47,795 nt of DNA from a virus (IMGVR_UViG_3300032893_000082:1-47795); one strand, 5' to 3'. Counted from the first letter of the stretch, positions 1 to 9,307 are shown. Translations and numbers: made by a program. Notes: generated by a model from the sequence alone, not told the origin.

Positions 1-151
1 TATAATATTAAGAATATATACAAGAATAAGAATATATAAGAATTAAGATAAGAATATAAGGGGGACCTTGGGGTCCCCTCCCAGAGAACACCTGTACAAA
101 AATTTAAATATGTACTACTCACAAAGTTCTTGACAAATCTCTAAACTTCTG
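1..151. repeat. Left copy of terminal direct repeat (or circular-assembly overlap)
   Basis: 1-151 matches 47635-47795 except for one extra 10-nt AATATATAAG unit in the right copy; 26-151 is an exact match. Confidence 0.9.
61..78. other. GC-rich hairpin GGGGACC-TTGG-GGTCCCC within the terminal repeat
   Basis: Perfect 7-bp inverted repeat in otherwise very AT-rich sequence. Confidence 0.6.
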
Positions 152-158
152 TTACCGT
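130..158 (+). promoter_or_regulatory. Putative sigma70-type promoter for the + strand module
   Basis: TTGACA(130-135)-17 bp-TACCGT(153-158) with extended -10 TG; ATG follows at 167. Confidence 0.6.
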
Positions 159-166
159 ATAAATTC

Positions 167-352
167 ATGACCCAGAAATATAATTTTAACGATAGGTCTT
201 TGTTCAACTACAGGCTCCGTCTCCAGGACGCTTTAGAACTCCGGGAGTACATGGATTTCTTAACCAAGCACCTAGATGGAAGCTCTCGCATTGATGAAGC
301 TCAAGACATCCGAACTATCCGGGAACTTGAATCTAGCCTATTGGCTACTTAA
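167..352 (+). CDS. Hypothetical protein (possibly near-leaderless)
   Basis: 61-aa ORF starting 8 nt after the -10 box; no Shine-Dalgarno (SD). Confidence 0.55.
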   Translation: MTQKYNFNDRSLFNYRLRLQDALELREYMDFLTKHLDGSSRIDEAQDIRTIRELESSLLAT

Positions 353-653
353 TAAAACCCTCTTTGAAGGCAGACTCCCCGACTGTAAAGTGAAAGTAGC
401 TAATCTCTCCCCGGAAGGGCTAGATGGAGCTTTCATCTACGACGAGACCACCAATACTCCCAAGTACCTAATCATCTCCTCGAAAGCGTCTGATCACATA
501 AAGACGCTAGTCCACGAGATGACCCACGTCTACCACCGTATAATCCTAGGCTACAAGGACAAGGTGGACCACCCGCCCAGCTTCGTCAGACTACTGAGAT
601 CTCGGTATAAGAAGCTAGGTCTCACCTTAGACCCAGAAGACTTGGAAAATTAA
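276..653 (+). CDS. SprT-like zinc metalloprotease (true start may be later, e.g. TTG at 327)
   Basis: LNKTLFEGRLP...TLVHEMTHVY (HExxH)...DHPPSF pattern typical of SprT-like domains. Confidence 0.75.
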   Translation: MEALALMKLKTSELSGNLNLAYWLLNKTLFEGRLPDCKVKVANLSPEGLDGAFIYDETTNTPKYLIISSKASDHIKTLVHEMTHVYHRIILGYKDKVDHPPSFVRLLRSRYKKLGLTLDPEDLEN

Positions 654-654
654 G

Positions 655-888
655 ATGGATATCTCTTTACCTACTACCCTGGCTTACTTGCTTATCTCTG
701 TAACCTCCGGAGAGCCTCTCAGCGGGCCGATTGCCGTCAAGGAGTACCCTAGTAGCGGGGGGTGCCTAGAAATCCTCCACAGCGGCCTTATAAGCCGTCC
801 TGAGCCCTATCGCTCCGCCACTGGTAAGTACGTTATCAAGATTTACGGGTGTGTACCCACCGCCGAGCTTAACAAAGATGCCATCTAA
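655..888 (+). CDS. Hypothetical protein with hydrophobic N-terminus and two Cys
   Basis: Starts 1 nt after the upstream stop; signal-like N-terminus. Confidence 0.55.
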   Translation: MDISLPTTLAYLLISVTSGEPLSGPIAVKEYPSSGGCLEILHSGLISRPEPYRSATGKYVIKIYGCVPTAELNKDAI

Positions 889-938
889 ACCCGCTAAACA
901 GCACCGCTTTAGCTCCTGAAAGGAGCTGGGATAAAATT

Positions 939-1109
939 ATGCCCTCCAAATCTAAGAAACAACATAATTTTATGGAAGCGATAGCCCACTCCTCCGAATT
1001 TGCCAAGAAAGCCGGCGTACCCCAAAGCGTAGGTAAAGAGTTCGCGAAAGCGGACGACAAGGCCGGAATCACTAAACGCCACTCTAACGAAAATCACCGG
1101 AAGTACTAG
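939..1109 (+). CDS. Small conserved phage protein, 56 aa (not in ORF track)
   Basis: Hand translation MPSKSKKQHNFMEAIAHSSEFAKKAGVPQSVGKEFAKADD..., a pattern I recall from many tailed-phage late regions; AGGAG upstream. Confidence 0.75.
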   Translation: MPSKSKKQHNFMEAIAHSSEFAKKAGVPQSVGKEFAKADDKAGITKRHSNENHRKY

Positions 1110-1169
1110 GAATGAAATTTGACACAGATGCGAGGCGGAACCTCCCCGTCGGCATCAAAAGGAAAAGGA

Positions 1170-1382
1170 ATGAAAATTGATACCGACTCTGTCACAATCT
1201 CCGAACAGCAGAGCCCTCGTAGACGAGGATTCGAAGCCGACGGTTTCTCTAGCAACGCTACAGAAGCAAGTCGAAAAGGAAACGGTCCACGGCCTTTCTT
1301 GGGACACAGCGGTCCAACTGCGGCTGATTCAGGAATTGACCGTGGTCAGTTCTCTATTAGAAAAGTACTTACGAGTAAGTAA
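1170..1382 (+). CDS. Hypothetical disordered protein
   Basis: AAGGAAAAGGA immediately before ATG 1170; part of track ORF 1119..1382. Confidence 0.55.
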   Translation: MKIDTDSVTISEQQSPRRRGFEADGFSSNATEASRKGNGPRPFLGHSGPTAADSGIDRGQFSIRKVLTSK

Positions 1383-1384
1383 CT

Positions 1385-1615
1385 GTGCCGGACACACCGA
1401 AAGCGAGTCCAGGGGCGAGCGGCGCACCGCGGATGGTACTTCCGCCTCCAGCTCCTCAATCGGAGATCGAGGGGATGAGAGCAGGATACGCAAACCAAGA
1501 GGTCGTCCCAGAACCCGGAATAACCCCGTACTCCGCTAACGGTCACCCCGAGCCTACTCGTAAAGACGGTACAACGGCTCGGCACCCCATCTCTAAGCGC
1601 TATACCAATAAGTAA
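1385..1615 (+). CDS. Hypothetical Pro-rich protein
   Basis: GTG start 2 nt after the upstream stop; tight operon packing. Confidence 0.55.
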   Translation: MPDTPKASPGASGAPRMVLPPPAPQSEIEGMRAGYANQEVVPEPGITPYSANGHPEPTRKDGTTARHPISKRYTNK

Positions 1616-1630
1616 AGCGAGGCTCCTAGC

Positions 1631-1963
1631 ATGGCTAGCCTATATGTCACCGAGTACCAAGGAGTAGGTCAAGTAGATCCCGATTCTACTGATGGAAACA
1701 CCTCTTTCAAGGTTACCGCCCAAGCTCCTAAAGGACCTTCTCTAGCAGAGCAGAAGATTACTATTTCGGGAGTTACTACCCAGTCCGCAGCGTTCAATAG
1801 ACTTACCCGGCTTATCCGGGTACACACCGATGTGGTGTGCTCCGTAGCTGTAGGTGGGGCTAACCCCTCCGCTACGACTTCCAGTGCTCGCCTAGCGGCT
1901 AACCAGACAGAGTACTTCTCCGTGGATCCGGGGGATAAGATCGCTGTCATCTCCAATTCGTAA
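1631..1963 (+). CDS. Putative virion structural protein (small beta-sandwich)
   Basis: GAGG SD; beta-rich sequence (TRLIRVHTDVVCSVAVG...EYFSVDPGDKIAVI). Confidence 0.7.
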   Translation: MASLYVTEYQGVGQVDPDSTDGNTSFKVTAQAPKGPSLAEQKITISGVTTQSAAFNRLTRLIRVHTDVVCSVAVGGANPSATTSSARLAANQTEYFSVDPGDKIAVISNS

Positions 1964-1967
1964 ACCT

Positions 1968-3893
1968 TTGCCACCTAGATACATAGCGGTTCCTTTTCTT
2001 ACCGGCGGGACAGTTTTGCCTATAGGCACCCCCGTCCTTACAGCTACCGTTATCTCTAGTACCCAGATTAACCTAGCTTTAGCTTACTCTGGCCCTCCAG
2101 GAGCTATATCCTTTGCTTTTGAAGTGGCTCCCGCCCTTAACGGGCCTTTCGTCCCTCTCTCCTCCGGTAGTTCTTCCACGTATCCCTATACCGGACTATC
2201 CCAGGCTACCACCTATTACTTCAGAGGTAGAGTACAGGTCAACGACGGTAGATTTTCAGCTTACTCCAATACAGCTACTGCCACTACCCTCGCCGGAGTA
2301 CCTGCTCAACCCACAAACCTGGTTACAGGTTCGGTAACTACTACTACCATTAATCTTTCCTGGTCGGCGGCACTTAACGCTACTTCGTACAATATTTATC
2401 GGGATGGGTCGGTCGTGGGGTCCTCCAGCTCCACGACCTTTCAAGATTCTGGTCTGTCACCGGGTACTGTTCACCAGTACCAAGTCTCGGGGGTCAACTC
2501 TGCAGGGGAGGGTCCCCTGTCCAATACAGCGACAGGGACTACCTCGACCCCCACCAATACTGGGCACCAAATGGTGTTCACTCCGGGTGTCCACGCTATA
2601 GTGGGTAATATTGGAGGACAGTACAGCTCAGTAACTTCGGCTATGTCTGACTGGCAACCCCCCATGACCGCAGTAGCAACCAAGAACACCTCTAAGATAA
2701 TCAAAGGGTTCTGCGTAGTTCTCAACTGGCCTTTGTTGATGCAATCCACAGGTACCGTCACCAAAGGCGGACCGACAGCACTATCCCAAGGGCTTATATC
2801 GGTAGCTAATGGCGTTTCGTTCCTTACCCAGCTCTACAATTTCATTAAAACCCTTCCCAACGGTCCGTACACTCTTTCCATAGAGGTTAACTCCGTTGGA
2901 AATACGCTTAACTCCGCCGGAGCTGGATCTGCTACTGTCAACGCTCCTGCGTGGTGGATCGATAACACTACGTACGGTCCCGTCACCGCGGCTTCCGGGG
3001 CTACCGGACAGCATGGAGGATTATGGTACGGTAACACTACAGGTGCCTCCGGGCTATTTCTCCGTATCGATAACGCCAACGTCTTGAACGAAATGCGGTA
3101 CTGCTTGGTTAATCTGCAGAACCAGCTAGACGCTAGTGGTATCCATCTCGAGTCCATTAACCCGTTCCAAGAACTTAGTTTAGGCGGTGTTTCTGCCGTT
3201 CAGTGCGGCATCTCTAACGCTTCCTTCATAGCGGCTATGGGAGGTACGACCGGAATTCCTAACGGGTTCGCTGCCGATCTTCGCGGAGGTATCCCGAATA
3301 GCTTGCTACAAATAATGCCCACTTTCGCTAACGGTTCCGGCAATCCTGGAGGTCACGACGCTACCGCCCAACTAGTGGGGATTTTCTGCCGAAACTTCTG
3401 GAGTATTGCTCCGTTCGACGGCTCGAATCTTACTAATCCCTCCGACTACGCGGCTGCCGGCAAACAAGCTAAAACCAAGGCAGACTGGGGTCAACAAGCG
3501 TTCTGTGGCCAATCAGCTACCAACGGACCTATCGTTTACACCAACTATAAAGCTCTGGGTTATAATTCTCACCACCACACTGTGGCGGATGAGTTAGGTG
3601 GTTCGTTCATCCTAGGGTATGACGCCGTAGTGCCTCCCGCAGGAGAAGGTAACGGTAGATTACCCGACATTCTCTCTGGAGCTTCCTACACAGGAGCATC
3701 GCACTTCTTTGTGTGGATGCAGAACTTCACAGGTCCCAATTGCAACTGTTACGCTCCAAACGCAGGAGCCCCTGCCAACTACCCGTATCCTTTGAACGGT
3801 CCGACAGTACCGTACCAGAACATCGTAGACTCCTTGGCGGGGTTTAACGCCAACTCGTATCTCAATCTCAATTACCCGACGGCGTTCCCTTAA
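1968..3893 (+). CDS. Virion accessory protein: two FN3 domains plus a C-terminal putative glycoside-hydrolase-like domain
   Basis: FN3 motifs (GLSQATTYYFRGR; PAQPTNL...LSWSA...YNIYRDG...GLSPGTVHQYQVSGVN) followed by a ~440-aa alpha/beta domain. Confidence 0.7.
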   Translation: MPPRYIAVPFLTGGTVLPIGTPVLTATVISSTQINLALAYSGPPGAISFAFEVAPALNGPFVPLSSGSSSTYPYTGLSQATTYYFRGRVQVNDGRFSAYSNTATATTLAGVPAQPTNLVTGSVTTTTINLSWSAALNATSYNIYRDGSVVGSSSSTTFQDSGLSPGTVHQYQVSGVNSAGEGPLSNTATGTTSTPTNTGHQMVFTPGVHAIVGNIGGQYSSVTSAMSDWQPPMTAVATKNTSKIIKGFCVVLNWPLLMQSTGTVTKGGPTALSQGLISVANGVSFLTQLYNFIKTLPNGPYTLSIEVNSVGNTLNSAGAGSATVNAPAWWIDNTTYGPVTAASGATGQHGGLWYGNTTGASGLFLRIDNANVLNEMRYCLVNLQNQLDASGIHLESINPFQELSLGGVSAVQCGISNASFIAAMGGTTGIPNGFAADLRGGIPNSLLQIMPTFANGSGNPGGHDATAQLVGIFCRNFWSIAPFDGSNLTNPSDYAAAGKQAKTKADWGQQAFCGQSATNGPIVYTNYKALGYNSHHHTVADELGGSFILGYDAVVPPAGEGNGRLPDILSGASYTGASHFFVWMQNFTGPNCNCYAPNAGAPANYPYPLNGPTVPYQNIVDSLAGFNANSYLNLNYPTAFP

Positions 3894-3931
3894 GCGATGA
3901 AAACACCTCGCAATCGCGGTGAGCACCGCTC

Positions 3932-4666
3932 ATGACCTGGGCTTACCAATCAACGACAGCTACTCAAAGTGGATCTGGAACCGTGGCGGTTACTTATCCT
4001 GCCGGTATTCAAGTTGGCGACACAGTTCTGTTGATGTGCGCTTTGGGTTTCGGTGCCGGCAAGACCTTCACAGCATCAGATTTCACTCCCTTAGTTAGCA
4101 GGAACACTAACAACTCTTCGGCTATTCTCTATAGAGTAGTGGATGGCACAGAGGGAGCTACCTCCAACGTATCTAATAGTGGAGGAAACAATTGCTCCTA
4201 CGCTATGGCCAGGTTTACTGGAGGTCCTACTAACGCCGCTAATTTTGCTTCCTCTATAGTAGCTACTAATAGTCGAGGATCGTCTGGTAGTGCTGGGTTA
4301 AGTTGGCCGAATTTAACAATCGGCAACAACAACAATTGTCTAGTAGTTACACTAGGCACCAAACAAGCTACCCTCACAAGCTTTGATGTCCCTGCTCTGT
4401 GGACTGGGGAACTTACCCACTCTACGGGCTCTGACGGAGGCCGTTCCTTCGTCTGGGATTATCTAATACAGAACACTGCGGCAGATATAACGTCTGCTGG
4501 CTGGACGGTTGGGGGCGATTCTTCTGCTGCCAACCAGGCTATTATCGCGGCCATTTTACCGGCCGCGGCCCCACCTCCCTCTGGTGGTGGAGGTACGGGA
4601 AGCACAGCCTTCCCCCCACCGAAGCGTAAAACTTACGTCTTCTATGATCTCTACTACCCTAGATAG
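3932..4666 (+). CDS. Putative virion accessory/fibre protein
   Basis: T/S/G-rich; VTYPAGIQVGDTVLL motif; Pro/Gly linker and basic C-terminal tail. Confidence 0.7.
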   Translation: MTWAYQSTTATQSGSGTVAVTYPAGIQVGDTVLLMCALGFGAGKTFTASDFTPLVSRNTNNSSAILYRVVDGTEGATSNVSNSGGNNCSYAMARFTGGPTNAANFASSIVATNSRGSSGSAGLSWPNLTIGNNNNCLVVTLGTKQATLTSFDVPALWTGELTHSTGSDGGRSFVWDYLIQNTAADITSAGWTVGGDSSAANQAIIAAILPAAAPPPSGGGGTGSTAFPPPKRKTYVFYDLYYPR

Positions 4667-4674
4667 GAACAAAC

Positions 4675-5136
4675 ATGGAACTTGGTCTTGGTCAAAAATA
4701 TAACGCTATTCAGAGCGCTTTTTCGGTAAGCACTACGGGTTCGCCAGTCGATCTAGCTACTCTCACTGCTGTTTCTAATATTCCGATTATCATCGAACGT
4801 ATCGTCCTTACTTCCAATTCTAACGCTGCTGCGGTACAGACTCTCCAGCTCGTTAGGCGATCTACGACAGGTTCTGGGGGTACTTCGGGTACTCTTACTC
4901 CGGAGCCCAACTCCGCCCCTGCAGCGTCGTCTACGTTCTCCTACAACGTGACTACTCCGGGTACGTTGAAGAACGGCTCTGATCCCGAAATCTGGCAGAT
5001 GTTTGCTCCTTACGAGTTCAACCGTAAGCCAGGCGGCTTACTGGTGGTTCCTGGCGAGACTTTCGCCATTGCATTTCCGTCGGTCCCCAGTGGATTCACG
5101 GCTTCTGTCCACATTGAATACATTGAGGTTAAATAA
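4675..5136 (+). CDS. Putative virion structural protein
   Basis: AGGA SD; beta-rich; stop overlaps next start (TAATG). Confidence 0.7.
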   Translation: MELGLGQKYNAIQSAFSVSTTGSPVDLATLTAVSNIPIIIERIVLTSNSNAAAVQTLQLVRRSTTGSGGTSGTLTPEPNSAPAASSTFSYNVTTPGTLKNGSDPEIWQMFAPYEFNRKPGGLLVVPGETFAIAFPSVPSGFTASVHIEYIEVK

Positions 5137-5477
5137 TGGCTAATCCGACTAAAGTTGTCTTTACTCTTCCAACTACGAACACAGACGGCAGTCCTCTTGC
5201 CGTATCGGACGTAACGGGTGTCAAACTCACCATTCTTGATAGCGCTGGCAACGTTGGCATTTCTACTGTTGTGGATACTGCCTCTCTGGGTATTGATAGT
5301 TCTGGCAACGGTTCTATTGCTCTCCCTAGTCTCCCTAGCGGTAGCTATAGTGTCGTTCTTTATACGGAATCTGTATCTCAGGGCCAGGCAGTAGAGAGCG
5401 CAGGGTCTACTCCGGTACCGTTCGTAATTGCTAATCCGTCAATTCCAAACCCTCCGACTGCCGTATCTGTCGTTTAA
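5136..5477 (+). CDS. Single Ig/FN3-like domain protein
   Basis: PTTNTDGSPL...GSYSVVLY...PNPPT motifs; GAGG SD. Confidence 0.7.
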   Translation: MANPTKVVFTLPTTNTDGSPLAVSDVTGVKLTILDSAGNVGISTVVDTASLGIDSSGNGSIALPSLPSGSYSVVLYTESVSQGQAVESAGSTPVPFVIANPSIPNPPTAVSVV

Positions 5478-5531
5478 TCTGCAAAATTCTACGATGGTTC
5501 GGCGTTAAACGGTCTAGGTTCTGCAAACCAT

Positions 5532-5939
5532 ATGCCCCTGGTAGTAGTTAGACGAGACTTTGAAATTAGGCCGCGGACGACCAGGCGTCTGCGGCTTATA
5601 TCGTACCTTACTATCATTCCTCGGGCTACAGGCCAACTGAAGCCAACCAGGACTATTGTAGTACGTAATCACCTAGTAGCACGTACTGGCGGTCGTAAAA
5701 TAACCCTTAGAGTAGGTCTTCTCCTAGCCTCTAAGATAAACCGGAACGTACTGCTGTACCGTAAACCGCAACCCAACCCAACCCAATTTTACCCTGTATT
5801 CACTCCTTGGAAACGCCGAGTTAAGGCACTAGGAGTAAAAGTAGCACCGCAGATCCCCGTAGGTGGAGGTGGTACTGGAATGAACCTACAGCACGCTCTA
5901 GGTTTATCCCTCTTAGCTCTCGGTGGAGTTAGATATTAA
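5532..5939 (+). CDS. Arg-rich hypothetical protein
   Basis: 135-aa ORF filling the gap in the + operon; Gly linker and hydrophobic C-terminal tail. Confidence 0.55.
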   Translation: MPLVVVRRDFEIRPRTTRRLRLISYLTIIPRATGQLKPTRTIVVRNHLVARTGGRKITLRVGLLLASKINRNVLLYRKPQPNPTQFYPVFTPWKRRVKALGVKVAPQIPVGGGGTGMNLQHALGLSLLALGGVRY

Positions 5940-5941
5940 AA

Positions 5942-6364
5942 ATGGCAACATACAATAAGTTCAACGCTTTCGTCGCCGATCTGGCCAACAAAGTCCACAA
6001 CTTCGGTTCCGACACGTTCAAGATCATGCTCACGAATACCGCTCCGACGGCCGCTAACGCCGTTAAAGCAGATATTACGGAGATCTCCAGTGGTAACGGG
6101 TATTCTACTGGCGGAGCTTCTTTGACGCTTACCAGTTCGTCCCAGAGTGGGGGTACGTACTCGTACAAGGCTACGGCAGCTAACCCTACGTGGACAGCTT
6201 CTGGTAACATGGCTACGTTTAGGTACGTGGTCTTGTATAACTCTACGGCAGCCTCCGGCAATCTAATAGCTTGGTGGGACAACGGTTCTGGTGTGTCCCT
6301 TACTACGGGCCAGACGTTTACTGTCACCCTAGACGGCACTAACGGCGTCTTCCAGATCGCCTAA
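5942..6364 (+). CDS. Conserved virion structural protein
   Basis: GGAG SD; MATYNKFNAF...SDTFKIMLTN...GNGYSTGG...FRYVVLYN, a pattern I recall from many phages. Confidence 0.8.
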   Translation: MATYNKFNAFVADLANKVHNFGSDTFKIMLTNTAPTAANAVKADITEISSGNGYSTGGASLTLTSSSQSGGTYSYKATAANPTWTASGNMATFRYVVLYNSTAASGNLIAWWDNGSGVSLTTGQTFTVTLDGTNGVFQIA

Positions 6365-7686
6365 TGGCCACCCGCGGCATCCGCCTTAAATTTGGCGATG
6401 CCCCGCTTACTCTACAGAGTGGTGTAGGCAGGTACGGAGTTCTTACTCCACACCACGGGCTAGCCTCTTCGTCCAACCCGTCCGCCCTAGTTGCGGCTTC
6501 GGGCACTTATGTGTACGCAGGTCAAGGAGCTAGTTTCTCCCAAGGCGGGGCCGGTACTCCTGGCATTCCGTCCAGTGTTGTGCTGTACTCCGATGGTACT
6601 CCCGGCACCGCTTACGCTACGTTCGCCATGCCAACGGACGGTGGTTCGCAGATCACTCAGTTCCAAGGACTTCTATCTCCGTCAGGCATTACGGGTACTC
6701 AATCTAGGTACACAATAGTTGATGCTCTGTCTTGCCGAGTAGACTTCATTGGAGTTCCCAACACGGCTCAGACAGCTCAAATAAGGGCTGTAAACGCCAA
6801 CGGCGCAGGCTCGTACAGTAGCTCCAGTAACTCCGTTACTCCCGCAGCGTACTCCGATACGTGGCCTAATGACAGCCACAATATGCACGTAGTTATGTGC
6901 GGCGGCAGCCAGGTAGGACTATCTTCACTTTGGCACGACGGATACTTCAACAACCAGAACGTACGGTACGTGTCTCCAGGTACAGCTACCTCAGGCACTT
7001 TTGCGACCTCTATGAACGCCCCCTCCTATCCTACAGGATTGGGATTCACCAATCAACTTATGGCTGAAGTTACTCCACAGAGTAACGCGGGGTACGGGTT
7101 CTTGGTAAATATCCTGCTACAGAATCCAGCTACAGGCTCTAATGGAGCGTTCAACGCTAATCCGTACACCAGGTTCTGTGGATACATTTATCCTGTCAAA
7201 TCAGGGGGTTATGCTCTCGGTAAGACTGAAGCCACCATCAACGTCGAAGGGGTAGTTTCAAACGTCTCCAGTAACGTACTGACATTTGCTAATCAGACGT
7301 TAGCTACTAATGCGTTCATTTCGACTAGTACCGGTATTTTTAACCGAGCCAACGGCGGGTCGTCTGGCTACACGTCCAACACTGCTACCACAGTAACAGA
7401 TAACAACGCAGGGGGCCTCAATGCCTCCGTAGGCGACCACATACTGGTCCAGCAAGGTGACCAGACTGTCGGACTAGATGCTGGCGATATCTCCACGTAC
7501 ATCAAATCTCCGTCGGCCGGCACCCTCACTCTAAATCAGTGGAACCGCTTCGAGGTACCGCTAGACAATACTGGGTGGGGTATGTTGGCTGTAAATGGCG
7601 GGTTGCACTACAAGTGGAACGTAGCTTGCCCTGTGTCAGGCGGTAACGGTGTTACGTACTTCTGCTATATGGGGTTTGTCGTCTAG
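6364..7686 (+). CDS. FN3-containing virion accessory protein
   Basis: FN3-like segment (PTDGGSQIT...IRAVNANGAGSYSSSSNSVTP); translationally coupled. Confidence 0.7.
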   Translation: MATRGIRLKFGDAPLTLQSGVGRYGVLTPHHGLASSSNPSALVAASGTYVYAGQGASFSQGGAGTPGIPSSVVLYSDGTPGTAYATFAMPTDGGSQITQFQGLLSPSGITGTQSRYTIVDALSCRVDFIGVPNTAQTAQIRAVNANGAGSYSSSSNSVTPAAYSDTWPNDSHNMHVVMCGGSQVGLSSLWHDGYFNNQNVRYVSPGTATSGTFATSMNAPSYPTGLGFTNQLMAEVTPQSNAGYGFLVNILLQNPATGSNGAFNANPYTRFCGYIYPVKSGGYALGKTEATINVEGVVSNVSSNVLTFANQTLATNAFISTSTGIFNRANGGSSGYTSNTATTVTDNNAGGLNASVGDHILVQQGDQTVGLDAGDISTYIKSPSAGTLTLNQWNRFEVPLDNTGWGMLAVNGGLHYKWNVACPVSGGNGVTYFCYMGFVV

Positions 7687-8594
7687 TGGCTATTACTCTA
7701 GGTGTACACGCCAAAGCAGAGAGCCCGTTCTCGAGTTCTCTCACTACCAGTGCTGTAACTACTCAAGCCACTGGATCTACTCTCGTAGCGTTTGCTTTTG
7801 GGGGAAACATCCCCTCTATCTCGGACAGTAAAAGCAACACTTGGAACACCCCCACAGGAGGCAACCAAAGTTTTAACGGAGGATTCGGCCACGCCGTAAT
7901 CTCCTACGTACAGAACGCCACCGGAGGTTCTAGCCACACCTTTACTGCCAGTAGTTCAGGTGGCGGTCTCCAGATCATGGTGCTGGAGCTTATAGGAGCA
8001 GTTACCACCGGCGGCTACGACGCCTTTGCTGTCTCTAATCCTACTGGAGGTACTACTACTGTAGCTACTCCCTCCATTACTACGGTAGCGGCTAACGCAG
8101 CCGTAGTAGCGTGTGCTGGAGGTGCCAGCTCCACTAATAACGCTCCTACTTCTGCCAACGGTACGGTAGTAGATTCTATCTCTGGAGCTAACTTCGTAAC
8201 CGGTGGAGATAGCTGGTTTATTAAAGCTACAGCAGGGTCAACAAGTGATACCCTGACGTTCTCTACCCAGACCTCTTATGATATGGCGGCTTTCACCATA
8301 TCGTTTGCTCCCGCCTCTACTGGTTCTAGTCTTACTGCTAATTTCGGTTCGTACTCCCTTACTGGTCAAGCGGCTACTCTGTCCACCGCAGGTGCTCTAG
8401 AATTACTTGCCAACGGCGGTAGTTACGACTATCAGGGAGCACTGGCCAATTCGGATCTAGCTTTGGATGCGGCGTTCGGCTCTTATATACTCTCTGGCCA
8501 AGCCGTTACTTTAATTCCCCCCTCCGGCGGTTCTAGTCCTGGTGGCGGGTCCATGATGATGCTTTTCGGCAAAAGGAAACGTAGTGGCTACTAA
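7686..8594 (+). CDS. Virion accessory/fibre protein with three C-terminal repeats
   Basis: T/S/G/A-rich; three L-x-A-x-x-G-S-Y-x-x-x-G repeats; basic tail. Confidence 0.7.
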   Translation: MAITLGVHAKAESPFSSSLTTSAVTTQATGSTLVAFAFGGNIPSISDSKSNTWNTPTGGNQSFNGGFGHAVISYVQNATGGSSHTFTASSSGGGLQIMVLELIGAVTTGGYDAFAVSNPTGGTTTVATPSITTVAANAAVVACAGGASSTNNAPTSANGTVVDSISGANFVTGGDSWFIKATAGSTSDTLTFSTQTSYDMAAFTISFAPASTGSSLTANFGSYSLTGQAATLSTAGALELLANGGSYDYQGALANSDLALDAAFGSYILSGQAVTLIPPSGGSSPGGGSMMMLFGKRKRSGY

Positions 8595-8949
8595 TATCAA
8601 CTTTAACGCACTTAACGTGGTTGGTGCCACGACTACTCAGACTACTCAGGATTTCCGTAACGAGTGGGGAGTAGGAGCAGAAATCTATCTGAATGTTTCC
8701 AGTATAGGCACCGGTAACATAACGCTTACGGTTCAAGGTAAAGATGTTACCTCGGGTACGTACTACACCGTGCTCCAAGGAGCTGCGGTATCTTCGAACG
8801 GCCTTACTAGGTATCAGGTGTTTCCAGGCGGAGCTACTACGGCCAATGTCTCGGTAAACGATATCTTCCCGTTCACGTGGAGGATTGTGGTAACAGCAAA
8901 TAACGCGAATCCAGTGACTTACACTGTAGGAGTGACAATCTTTGGCTAA
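8584..8949 (+). CDS. Putative virion structural protein
   Basis: AAGGA SD, GTG start; jelly-roll-like pattern (TLTVQGKDVTSGTYYTVL...PFTWRIVV). Confidence 0.7.
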   Translation: MATNINFNALNVVGATTTQTTQDFRNEWGVGAEIYLNVSSIGTGNITLTVQGKDVTSGTYYTVLQGAAVSSNGLTRYQVFPGGATTANVSVNDIFPFTWRIVVTANNANPVTYTVGVTIFG

Positions 8950-9307
8950 CGACATACTTCCAGCCCCTCGTCAGAAGCAGCCTCAGCTGTGGAAGAAGGG
9001 ACAATCTGGTAACCCAGCAGGACGCCCAAAAGGTGTCAAGAATAAAATAACCCTCATGAAACAGATGCTCGAAGGAGAACTTCGGGCACAAGTAGGCCCT
9101 CACATGGCCGAGGTCTTAGCCAAAGCCCTAGAGATGGCTAAAGATGGTAATGAGGCGATGATTAAGCTTTTGATAGATAAAACGCTGCCGTCTACAAAAG
9201 CCAGTGATGACGGTGAGGCAGCAGATAACCGTGTACAAATCGTGATTGGTAAGCTTCCCGAACGTAAGGAAGACATCACTATCACAGGAGAGAAAATAGA
9301 TGGCTAG
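8942..9307 (+). CDS. terS: Terminase small subunit (DUF5681-like)
   Basis: WKKGQSGNPAGRPKG motif; close upstream of terL; AGGAG SD. Confidence 0.75.
   Translation: MANDILPAPRQKQPQLWKKGQSGNPAGRPKGVKNKITLMKQMLEGELRAQVGPHMAEVLAKALEMAKDGNEAMIKLLIDKTLPSTKASDDGEAADNRVQIVIGKLPERKEDITITGEKIDG

Noticed and set aside
1177-1539. 120-aa alternative-frame ORF
   Set aside because: Overlaps two better-packed ORFs (1170-1382, 1385-1615), although it is not fully excluded
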